Part shown: positions 45,364-54,048 of the stretch, piece after piece | Layout of the letters: each line of letters starts with the position of its first letter | Numbering within the stretch: the first letter of the stretch is position 1 | Source of the DNA: Prosthecobacter sp. | Lineage (GTDB): Bacteria > Verrucomicrobiota > Verrucomicrobiia > Verrucomicrobiales > Verrucomicrobiaceae | Reading direction: 5' to 3' | Length of the DNA stretch: 64,000 nucleotides | NCBI GenBank assembly: GCA_017853885.1 | Contig: JAFMIR010000016.1 | Location: 8,990-72,989 of the forward strand | Notes under the pieces: generated by a model | The model's database searches: none | What the model saw: only the letters and a program-made list of their open reading frames with translations | Told to the model about the DNA's origin: nothing | Made by a program: the position numbers and the translations under genes

Positions 45364-46671
45364 ATGCGTCTCATCCCCCTCACTCTATTTGGTTTAATCA
45401 CGACGGTGTTCATAAACGCCCAAACCGTGGACTACACGAAGCAGATCGCGCCGTTGTGGGACACTTACTGCATCGATTGCCACAGCGCGGACGATGCGGA
45501 TGGGGAGTTCGCGTTGGACACATTTGCGGCGCTGATGAAGGGCGGCGAGGAGGGCGCGGCGATCGTGGCGGGGAAGGCGGACGAGTCGTTGTTGGTGAAG
45601 TTCCTCGAAGGGCGCTCGGGTCGCGGCGGGAAGAATGAATTCATGCCGCCGGGCAAGCGAGAGAAGCTGAAGACGGAGGAGATCGCGTTGATTAAAGCGT
45701 GGATCAATGCAGGCGCGAAAGGCCCGCTCGTCGCGGAAGGGAAGACGATGCCAAAGGAGGTCATCACGCCGAAAATCGCGCCCACCGTGCCGCTAAAGCG
45801 CTCGATCCAGGCGGTGGCGTTCTCGCCGAAAGTACAGTTTGTCGCCGTGGGGCGTTACGGCGAAGTCGAGCTGCTAAATCCCGCGACGAAAAAGGTTGTG
45901 CGGAAGCTTTCAGGCTTCACGGGCAAGGTGAACGCGGTCGCCTTTTCGCCTGATGGCGGGACGGTGTATGCCGCCGGTGGCGAGGCTGGCATCGTGGGCA
46001 TCGTGCGAAGCTGGAAAACGAGCGATGGTAGCCCGCTGCGTTCTTTTGAAGGCCACACGGATGCCGCGTATGCGCTCGTGGTTTCACCGGATGGGAAATT
46101 CATCGCCACGGGCGCCTACGATCAGAAAATCCGCCTCTGGGACACCTCGACAGGCAAGGAAGTCGCGCTGCTCAAAGGCCATAACGGCGCGGTGAACGGC
46201 CTATCGTTCCGCCCCGATGGCAAAGTGCTCGCCAGTGCCAGCGCGGACCGCACGGTGAAGCTGTGGAGCATTCCAACGGGTCAGCGACTTGACACGCTCT
46301 CGCAGCCGACCAAGGAGCAGACGAGCGTCGTTTTCAGCGCCGATGGCAAAACGCTCTTCGCCGCTGGTGGCGATAATCGCATTCGCGTGTGGGCAATCAG
46401 CGCCGCGGCGAAGGAAGGCACGAACAAGATCCTCACCAGCCGCTTCGCGCATGAAGGCGGCCTGCTCAATCTCGCGCTCTCCGCCGATGGCAAACTGCTC
46501 GCTTCGACCGCGACCGACAAAACGCTCAAACTCTGGAACACTGCCGACCTCACCGAAAAGCTCCTCCTCGAAAAACAACCCGATTGGTCCTCCGCCCTCG
46601 CCTTCACCGACCAAGCTCAACTCATCGCGGGTCGCGTCGATGGCACCTGGAGCGTGTATGAGCCTCGTTAA
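45364..46671 (+). CDS. Planctomycete cytochrome c (PSCyt1) + WD40 repeat protein
   Basis: CIDCH heme motif, MPP...IKAWINAGA, then WD40 repeats (GHTDAAYAL, GAYDQKIRLWD, ASADRTVKLW). Confidence 0.92.
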   Translation: MRLIPLTLFGLITTVFINAQTVDYTKQIAPLWDTYCIDCHSADDADGEFALDTFAALMKGGEEGAAIVAGKADESLLVKFLEGRSGRGGKNEFMPPGKREKLKTEEIALIKAWINAGAKGPLVAEGKTMPKEVITPKIAPTVPLKRSIQAVAFSPKVQFVAVGRYGEVELLNPATKKVVRKLSGFTGKVNAVAFSPDGGTVYAAGGEAGIVGIVRSWKTSDGSPLRSFEGHTDAAYALVVSPDGKFIATGAYDQKIRLWDTSTGKEVALLKGHNGAVNGLSFRPDGKVLASASADRTVKLWSIPTGQRLDTLSQPTKEQTSVVFSADGKTLFAAGGDNRIRVWAISAAAKEGTNKILTSRFAHEGGLLNLALSADGKLLASTATDKTLKLWNTADLTEKLLLEKQPDWSSALAFTDQAQLIAGRVDGTWSVYEPR

Positions 46672-46693
46672 AACTTCCATGCCTTTTCTTGCC

Positions 46694-49057
46694 ATGAAAT
46701 CTCTCGTTCTCGTTTTTGTCTTTCTCCTCGGCATTTCGTCTGTCGAAGCTCAAAAAGCCGCTACACCCACAAAAGCAACCGCATCGGCCAAAATGCCTGC
46801 GAAAGCTGCCAAGCCGACGCTCACGAGTGTTTCGCCGCGTGGGCTGCATCTCGGCGTGGAGCAGGTTTTTAGCCTCGCGGGCAAAGATCTGGCCGAGGCG
46901 ACGGTTTTGACCTCAAACGCCCAATTGAAGCCCGTCATCGATATCGCGTCGAGCACGGCCACGAAGGTCGTTTTCAAGCTGCAAGCACCTGCGGGGCTTG
47001 GTCGCGGCAGTCATGATGTTTGGGTGAAAACACCGATAGGTGAATCGGCCAAATTGAAGCTCTATGCTGATGACCTCGCGCCCATTACGACCTCGGCGGC
47101 GGATTTCAAAAAGGGTCCGGTTCAGATCGACAAGTTGCCCGCGAGCGTGTGGGGCACGCTCACGGAAACGGGTCAGCATGACGCGTATCGTTTCACCGCG
47201 AAGGCGGGCGAGGAACTCGTGCTCGATCTCGCCGTGGCGCAAGTCGGCAGCGTGGCGAAATCGCCCACGCTTGAGATTGTAGATGCGAATCACACGGTGC
47301 TCGCGGTGAACCGAGGGCTCGACAGCGGCAGCGATCCGTTCCTTGCTTGGAAAGCGCCTGCGGATGGCGATTACCACATTCTCGTGAGCAACACGACGAT
47401 GGATGGCAGCGCGGGGCATGTGTATCGGCTCACGATTGGAGCGGTGCCGTTCATTACCAGCTGGTCGCCCCTCACTGCGGAGCTGGGCAAGGAGACAAAA
47501 GTCACGCTCATCGGCCATCATCTCGGTGACAAGGCCACGGTGACGATGAAAGCGGACAAGGAAGGCATCACGAATGTGCCGCTCGATGCCAAGGCGCTAC
47601 GTTTTCGCACGATGCCATCGCTTCGCGTGAGTGCGCTGGCGCAGGTGAGTGAGGTGGAAGGGAACGATGACATCGCGCAGGCGCAGATCGTGCCTTCGCG
47701 AGCAGCTATTAATGGGTTGCTCGCCAAAGTGGGCGACCTCGATCACTTTGCTTTTGACGCCAAAAAAGGCCAGACATGGATGATCGAGACGCTCGCTGCT
47801 CAAGCTGGTTCGCCTGCCGATACGAAGCTCGAAGTCTTGCATACCGATGGCACACCCGTCGCACGTTTGTTCATGCAGGCCGTGCGCGACAGTTACAACA
47901 ACTTCCGCAGCGTCGATGCCAACAACCCGGACATCCGCCTGCAAAACTGGGAGGAAATGGAGCTGAACGAGTATGTTTGGTTCAATGGCGATGTGATGAA
48001 GATCTTTCGTATGCCGCGTGGTCCCGATGCCGGGTGCTTTTTCTACATCAGCGATGGCAAGCGTCGCGCCTACTTTGATACCAGCGCCACCTCGCACTCG
48101 CTCGACGAGCCCTGTTATATCGTGCAGCCCTATCCGCTGGACAGCAGCATTGCTGCGAACGGTCTTCCCGTCTTCACCCTCCACTATCACAACGACGATA
48201 GCGGCGACCGCAAAATCGGCCGTGACTCGCGCGTGGCCTTCACCGCGTCTGCCGATGGACGCTATGTCGTCAAAGTCACCGACACCCGCGGCTGGGGCGG
48301 CGAGCGCTTTGTGTATTCGCTGGCCATTCGTGAACCAAAGCCGGACTTCAGTGTCAAACTCGCCGGCATAAACCCCACGGTGATGCCCGGAGCTTCCGTC
48401 GGCTTTTCTTTCAGGGCCGACCGGCACGACAACTTCGACGATCCCATCCAGATCGACATCACCGGTCTGCCTACGGGTTACTGGGCCACCTCGCCGTTGA
48501 TCATCGAAGCCGGCCACGATCTCATCAGTGGCTCCTTGCATGCCATGCCGGATGCGAAAGCTGATGCCGACTGGTCGAAGCTCAAAATCACTGCCACCGC
48601 CAAAGGTTACAAGCACGATGCAGGCACTTTCGGCAAGGTCACGCTCGGCGCGAAGCCGAAGTTCATCATCGTTTTGGAGCCCGATGCCGGGGGCAAGCCT
48701 GTCATGCGCGATCCCGCCGCCGAAACGAAGCCGCTCGAGCTCACTCTCATTCCCGGCCATACCGTCAAAGCTTGGTTCCGCGCCATCCGCAGCGGCGATG
48801 ACAGCATCATCAACCTCGATGTCCATGGCCTACCACACGGCGTCATCGTGGATGACATCGGCCTCAATGGCGTGCAGATTCGTGCTGGTGAGAATGAGCG
48901 CCCCATCTTCTTCCGCGCCGCTAACTGGGTAAAAGACCAAGACAGGCTCTGCCACGGCGCCATTAGCTCTGCTCGCAACGAACACGATAGCGCGGGATTA
49001 CAGACGAGCTTCCCGATTCTAATGAAGATCCGCAAGCCCGGTGTGGCGGCGCGGTGA
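46694..49057 (+). CDS. Secreted protein with repeated PPC (pre-peptidase C-terminal) beta-sandwich domains
   Basis: Signal peptide at 46694; HDAYRFTAKAGEELVL, DLDHFAFDAKKGQ and DSRVAFTASADGRYVVKV repeats. The upstream ORF extension overlaps the WD40 gene. Confidence 0.85.
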   Translation: MKSLVLVFVFLLGISSVEAQKAATPTKATASAKMPAKAAKPTLTSVSPRGLHLGVEQVFSLAGKDLAEATVLTSNAQLKPVIDIASSTATKVVFKLQAPAGLGRGSHDVWVKTPIGESAKLKLYADDLAPITTSAADFKKGPVQIDKLPASVWGTLTETGQHDAYRFTAKAGEELVLDLAVAQVGSVAKSPTLEIVDANHTVLAVNRGLDSGSDPFLAWKAPADGDYHILVSNTTMDGSAGHVYRLTIGAVPFITSWSPLTAELGKETKVTLIGHHLGDKATVTMKADKEGITNVPLDAKALRFRTMPSLRVSALAQVSEVEGNDDIAQAQIVPSRAAINGLLAKVGDLDHFAFDAKKGQTWMIETLAAQAGSPADTKLEVLHTDGTPVARLFMQAVRDSYNNFRSVDANNPDIRLQNWEEMELNEYVWFNGDVMKIFRMPRGPDAGCFFYISDGKRRAYFDTSATSHSLDEPCYIVQPYPLDSSIAANGLPVFTLHYHNDDSGDRKIGRDSRVAFTASADGRYVVKVTDTRGWGGERFVYSLAIREPKPDFSVKLAGINPTVMPGASVGFSFRADRHDNFDDPIQIDITGLPTGYWATSPLIIEAGHDLISGSLHAMPDAKADADWSKLKITATAKGYKHDAGTFGKVTLGAKPKFIIVLEPDAGGKPVMRDPAAETKPLELTLIPGHTVKAWFRAIRSGDDSIINLDVHGLPHGVIVDDIGLNGVQIRAGENERPIFFRAANWVKDQDRLCHGAISSARNEHDSAGLQTSFPILMKIRKPGVAAR

Positions 49058-49100
49058 TTCATAGAGAGACTATGCCATCTTCAGGCGTTCACCCAGCCTC

Positions 49101-50465
49101 ATGAATCGCCGCTCCTTTCTCAAGCACACTGCCGCTTATGTTTCTGCGCCTGCCATTTTGAGCGCCAAGTCGCCTAACTCGATGTTTCAGGTGGCCTCGA
49201 TTGGAGTGGGGGGAATGGGTGGGAATACAATGATGAGTGTGTTGCAGCATCCGAAGGTGCGGATTGTGGGAATGTGTGATGTGGATGCGAAGACGCTGGA
49301 GCTGGCGACGAAGGGCATGTCATCTCGGCGGAAGGAACATCAGGATCCGGCGGCGAAGGAGCGGCTGGGCGAGGCGGCGACGTTTCGGGATTATCGCGAG
49401 ATGATCGCGAAGCTGGGCGAAAGCGTCGATGCGGTGACGATCGGCACGCCGGATCACATGCATGCGGCGCAGGCGGTGACGGCATTACGGGCGAAGAAGC
49501 ATGTGTACTTGCAAAAGCCGCTCACGCATCATCTGCACGAGGCGCGGATTTTGAGTGCAGAGGCGGTCAAGGCAGGCGTGACAACGCAGATGGGCACGCA
49601 GGGGCATTCGAGCGTCGAGACATCGCTGGCAGTCGATTTGATCAAGAGCGGAGCGATCGGCAAAGTGAAGGAAGTCATCTGCTGGGAGAACAAGAAGGCG
49701 AACTGGTGGCCGAAGGTCACGCAGCGCAAGCCGGAGGCTGATCCGGTGCCGGCGAATGTGGATTGGAACCTGTGGCTTGGCGTGGCGAACGAAGTGCCGT
49801 TCCTCGAAGGCGCGTATCATCCGTCAATGTGGCGCTCGTGGGTCGATTTTGGCGTCGGCATGATGGGTGACATGGGCTGCCACTACTTCGACGTCGTGTT
49901 TGCCTGCCTCGGTTTGCAGGCACCGAAGCGCGTGCGCTGTCTCGACGAGGGCAGCAAGAGCGATTTGTATGCGATGAAGCGCCATCTGGAGCTCGAATTT
50001 CCCGGCACACCGCTCACGGCGGGCGACACGATCCAGATGACGTGGACCGACGGCGGCTACGAGTATGACAAGCGCGTCATCAAGCCCTCCGTGCTCACCA
50101 AAGATACGCCGAGCGGCATTTTCTTCATCGGCGAGAGCGGGGGCATCTTCAAACCGCACAGCCAGCGCCCTTGGCTGGTGCCTGAGGCGAATTTCACCGG
50201 CTTCACCTATCCGAAGACCCGCATCGCGAATCATTATACCGATTGGGTGGACGCATGCATGAAGGGCGAAAAGGCCGCCACTGACCTGCCGAGTTATGGC
50301 TGCCCGGTCACGGAGGCCGTTTTGCTAGGCGTGCTCTCGGAGCGAAATCCGGGCGATTGGATCGAATGGGATGCCAGAGCGGGCAAAATCGCCAACCGAC
50401 CCGAATTGAACGCCCAGCTCACACGGACGTATCGCGACGGGTGGACTGTCGAGGGGCTCGGATGA
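49101..50465 (+). CDS. Gfo/Idh/MocA family oxidoreductase with Tat signal
   Basis: MNRRSFLK Tat motif; IGVGGMG, IGTPDHMHA, KHVYLQKPL, QMGTQ and GDMGCH motifs. Confidence 0.92.
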   Translation: MNRRSFLKHTAAYVSAPAILSAKSPNSMFQVASIGVGGMGGNTMMSVLQHPKVRIVGMCDVDAKTLELATKGMSSRRKEHQDPAAKERLGEAATFRDYREMIAKLGESVDAVTIGTPDHMHAAQAVTALRAKKHVYLQKPLTHHLHEARILSAEAVKAGVTTQMGTQGHSSVETSLAVDLIKSGAIGKVKEVICWENKKANWWPKVTQRKPEADPVPANVDWNLWLGVANEVPFLEGAYHPSMWRSWVDFGVGMMGDMGCHYFDVVFACLGLQAPKRVRCLDEGSKSDLYAMKRHLELEFPGTPLTAGDTIQMTWTDGGYEYDKRVIKPSVLTKDTPSGIFFIGESGGIFKPHSQRPWLVPEANFTGFTYPKTRIANHYTDWVDACMKGEKAATDLPSYGCPVTEAVLLGVLSERNPGDWIEWDARAGKIANRPELNAQLTRTYRDGWTVEGLG

Positions 50466-50576
50466 CTTTTAGGGATTTGTTTGGTTAAGCTTTTCAAAGC
50501 AAGCACCATTTTTTGTGCAGGATCGTGATTGTGATCGTTGCGCTTCAAGGATGTCGTCGTAGCATCATTCAATCCC

Positions 50577-50813
50577 ATGAACGCGCATGAGCACTCACCC
50601 GACTCCCGGCTGAAGCAGGCAGAAAAAATCGTCAGCCATCCTGAGCAATACAAGGTCTGCGAAGGCTGTGGTTCCATCGTAGTCATGCGTGCTGTCACCT
50701 GCCCCAGCTGCCATGCGTATCGTTTTGATGCTACGGCTGTGCGTGTGGTGGCGCAGGCGAAGGATCTTGCGCTGCGTGCGGCCAGCTCAGTGCTTTCAAC
50801 GGACCTATCTTGA
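50577..50813 (+). CDS. Small zinc-ribbon protein
   Basis: CEGC...CPSC double CxxC in a 78-aa ORF. Confidence 0.7.
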   Translation: MNAHEHSPDSRLKQAEKIVSHPEQYKVCEGCGSIVVMRAVTCPSCHAYRFDATAVRVVAQAKDLALRAASSVLSTDLS

Positions 50814-50877
50814 GGCATTGGACGATGCTTTGGGGTTGCTGCTGAGTGCCAGTGCGTCAATCTGCGGCAAATCCTTG

Positions 50878-51426
50878 ATGCCTGAAAAGTCCAAATCCGC
50901 TTGGTATGTCGTCCACTCACGACCGAAGTGCGAGCACATCGCTGCCAGTCTCATGGCTGGCTTGGAGGGTGTGAAGACCTACTGTCCGCGCATCCGGTTC
51001 CAAAAGAGCACGCGGCGTGGCAAGGTATGGTTCGTCGAGGCGCTTTTCCCGAGCTACTTCTTCGCGCACTTCAATCCCACCGAGATGCTGCGTGCCGTGA
51101 AGCACTCACAGAGCGTCATCCGCGTGGTCGGTTTTGGCGAGAACCTAGCCCGTGTGGACGATAAAGTCATCGAGCAGATCCGGGCAGAGATGGCCGAGGA
51201 GGACGTGCGTGTGGTGGAGGTTGGCATCAAGGTCGGTGACATGGTTGAGCTCACCGAGGGACCGATGCGTGGGCTGAAAGGCATCGTGAACGCCAAGCTG
51301 AGCGGCGTGGACCGTGTGCGGGTGCTGCTAGAGTTTCTCGGCCGTGAAAATGCAGTAGAGGTGCCGGCCTCAAAGCTGCTCACCGAACATCAGCCGCGGG
51401 TGCTAATTTCGAAAAAGCACGCTTGA
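50878..51426 (+). CDS. NusG paralog, RfaH/UpxY-like transcription antiterminator
   Basis: WYVVHSRPKCE, EALFPSYFF (NGN domain) and GDMVELTEGPMRGLKG (KOW domain). Confidence 0.88.
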   Translation: MPEKSKSAWYVVHSRPKCEHIAASLMAGLEGVKTYCPRIRFQKSTRRGKVWFVEALFPSYFFAHFNPTEMLRAVKHSQSVIRVVGFGENLARVDDKVIEQIRAEMAEEDVRVVEVGIKVGDMVELTEGPMRGLKGIVNAKLSGVDRVRVLLEFLGRENAVEVPASKLLTEHQPRVLISKKHA

Positions 51427-51487
51427 GGATCGCGGGCACGCCTCCGTCATTGCACACAGCCGTGGATGCACTACGTCCTCCTCCCCC

Positions 51488-53098
51488 ATGCTTACTCTCC
51501 GCAACGTCACCAAGGCCTTCAACGCTCGCACGCTCTTCAGCGGTGCGAGCATGACGATCAACCACGGCGAGCGCGTCGCCCTCGTGGGACCGAATGGCGC
51601 GGGCAAATCGACGCTGTTCTCGCTCATTTTGAAAACGGACACCCCAGACGCGGGAGAGATCGTGCGCGATGAATGGACCACCGTCGGCTTTTTGCCTCAG
51701 GAGTGCGAGGCAGTGGGCGATGAAACTGTGCTGGAGGTCTCCACCGGCAAGGCGGGTGAAATTGAGCGCTTGGAGAAACAGCTCTCCGAATTCGAGGCCG
51801 CCGGCGATGTCTCTAGCCCAGAGTATTTCGAGACACATGCGCAGCACGACGCGCTGCAGGATCCGCAGGCCGAGGCGAAGGCGAAACGCATGCTCAAAGG
51901 CCTCGGCTATCTCGAGAGCGACTTTGACCGGCCCGCCCGCGAATTCAGCGGCGGCTGGATCATGCGTGCGCACATGGCGCGGCTGCTCGTCATGGAGCCT
52001 GATTTGCTGCTGCTCGATGAGCCGACGAACCACCTCGATCTCCTCTCGCTAATGTGGTTCCGCAATTACTTGAAGAACTACCCCGGCGCCATCCTCATGA
52101 TCTCGCATGACCGCGATTTCATGGACGAGCTCGTGCAAAACGTGTACGAGATCGAGGACAGTAAGCTCATCAGCTACTCCGGCAACTACAGTGAGTATCT
52201 TCGCCTTCGTGAGGAGAACTGGGAACGCGCCTACCAAGCTTGGAAAAACCAGCAAAAGGAAATCGAAGCGATGCAGGAGTTCATCGACCGATTCCGCTCC
52301 GTGGCGTCGAAGGCCGCGCAGGCGCAGAGCCGCGAGCGCCAACTCGAAAAGATGGAGAAGCTCGATAAACCGCGGCCGCTGCGCAAAGGTTTCCGTTTCA
52401 ACTTCCCGCAGCCACCGCGCAGCGGTCAGCGCATCATCACGCTCAGCAACGTCGATCAAGCCTACGGCACCAAGCAGGTTTACACCGGTCTCGACCTTGA
52501 AATCGAGCGCGGAGAGCGCACTGTGCTCGTCGGTCCGAACGGCGCGGGTAAGTCCACGCTCATCAAAATCCTCGCTGGCGAGGTGCCGATCCAAAAAGGC
52601 GAGCGCAAGCTCGGCACGAATCTCAAGCTCGGCTACTTCTCGCAGCATCGCGGCGATTCGCTCGATCCCGAATGCAGCGTGCTGGAGGAATTGAAGCGTG
52701 TTTCGCCGGAAATACGTGAGGACGAGGCACGCAGCATTCTCGGCAGCTTTTTGTTCAAACGCGAGGATGTGCACAAAAAGTGCAAAGTGCTCTCTGGTGG
52801 TGAAAAGAGCCGTTTGAACCTTGTGAAGTTCCTTGTCGATCCGCCAAACCTCCTGCTCATGGACGAGCCGACAACTCACTTGGACATCTGGGCCATCGAA
52901 GGCCTTATTATGGCCTTGGAGAAGTTTGAAGGCACGCTCGTCTTCATCAGCCACGACGTGCATTTCATCCGTCGTCTTGCCCAAAAAGTCATCCATATCA
53001 ACAACGGCAAACTCACCACTTACACTGGCGACTACGACTACTACCTGCAAAAAACCGGCGCCGAGGAAAATGCACGCGCAGCTGTGATCGCTGGCTGA
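51488..53098 (+). CDS. ABC-F family ATPase (ribosome-associated)
   Basis: Two GPNGAGKST Walker A motifs, FSGGW/LSGGE signatures and LLLDEPTNHLD/LLMDEPTTHLD; no TM domain. Confidence 0.95.
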   Translation: MLTLRNVTKAFNARTLFSGASMTINHGERVALVGPNGAGKSTLFSLILKTDTPDAGEIVRDEWTTVGFLPQECEAVGDETVLEVSTGKAGEIERLEKQLSEFEAAGDVSSPEYFETHAQHDALQDPQAEAKAKRMLKGLGYLESDFDRPAREFSGGWIMRAHMARLLVMEPDLLLLDEPTNHLDLLSLMWFRNYLKNYPGAILMISHDRDFMDELVQNVYEIEDSKLISYSGNYSEYLRLREENWERAYQAWKNQQKEIEAMQEFIDRFRSVASKAAQAQSRERQLEKMEKLDKPRPLRKGFRFNFPQPPRSGQRIITLSNVDQAYGTKQVYTGLDLEIERGERTVLVGPNGAGKSTLIKILAGEVPIQKGERKLGTNLKLGYFSQHRGDSLDPECSVLEELKRVSPEIREDEARSILGSFLFKREDVHKKCKVLSGGEKSRLNLVKFLVDPPNLLLMDEPTTHLDIWAIEGLIMALEKFEGTLVFISHDVHFIRRLAQKVIHINNGKLTTYTGDYDYYLQKTGAEENARAAVIAG

Positions 53099-53151
53099 GC
53101 GAGGCATTCTATTCTTGAGTGGGAGAACGCGTGTGGTTTAGAATCGCATTC

Positions 53152-54048
53152 ATGATTCAGCTCCGTCTATCTCGCCGTCGGTTTGGAACCCTCACCAGCG
53201 TCGGCGCCATTGTCGCGATACTACAAACACAGATCGAAGCCGCCAACAAGGTTGCTGGAGGTAAGGTGAGGCACTCCGCCTGTAAGTGGTGCTACAAGGA
53301 CATCCCGCTGGAGGACTTCTGCCTCGCCGCGAAGGAGATCGGCCTCGAATCCGTCGAGCTGCTCAATCCGAAGGACTTTGCTACGGTGAAGAAGCACGGC
53401 CTGCACTGCGCCATGGTGAGTTTTCCGACCATCGAAGGTCCCGGCGGTATGAAGATCGGCCCGATCCCAAAAGGCTAGAACCGCATCGAGCATCACGACC
53501 TACTGGTGCAGGCCTACGAACCGCTTTTGAAGACCAGTGCCGAGGCGGGTTTCAAGCAAGTCATCTGCTTCAGCGGTAACCGCGAAGGCATGAGCGATGA
53601 GCAAGGCTTCGAGAACTGCGCTAAGGGCCTCCAGCGCCTACTTCCGCTATGTGAGAAACTCGGCGTCACGCTGGTGATGGAGTTGTTGAACAGCAAAGTG
53701 AACCATCCCGACTACATGTGCGACAAGAGCGCTTGGGGTGTGTCCTTGGTGAAAAAGCTCGCTTCGCCACACTTCAAGTTGCTCTACGATATCTACCACA
53801 TGCAGATCATGGAGGGCGATGTCATCGCCACCATCCAGCGTGATCACGAAGCCTTCGCCCACTACCACACGGGGGGCGTCCCCGGCCGCGCTGAGATCGA
53901 TGATACGCAGGAGCTGAACTACTCTGCAATCATCAAGGCCATCCAAGGCACGGGTTACACCGGCTATCTCGGCCAAGAATTCATCCCGAAGCGCTCCGAC
54001 AAGCTCTCCTCGCTCAAGCAGGGCGTGCAGATTTGCACGGTTGCCTAA
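53152..54048 (+). pseudogene. Hydroxypyruvate isomerase-like TIM-barrel protein with Tat signal, interrupted by one in-frame TAG at 53476-53478
   Basis: The two ORF-track pieces are in the same frame (...PKG TAG NRIEHH...). Downstream motifs MELLNS, YDIYHMQ, HYHTGGVPGR and GQEF are intact. Confidence 0.85.

Noticed and set aside
46289-46693. N-terminal extension of the PPC ORF
   Set aside because: It overlaps the WD40 gene in another frame and reads as low-complexity R/S/P. The signal peptide starts at 46694.
53476-53478. Pyrrolysine or alternative-code recoding of the TAG
   Set aside because: There are no pyl genes in the window, and TAG is used as a normal stop elsewhere (e.g. the sulfatase at 18862). 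A point mutation or error is simpler.
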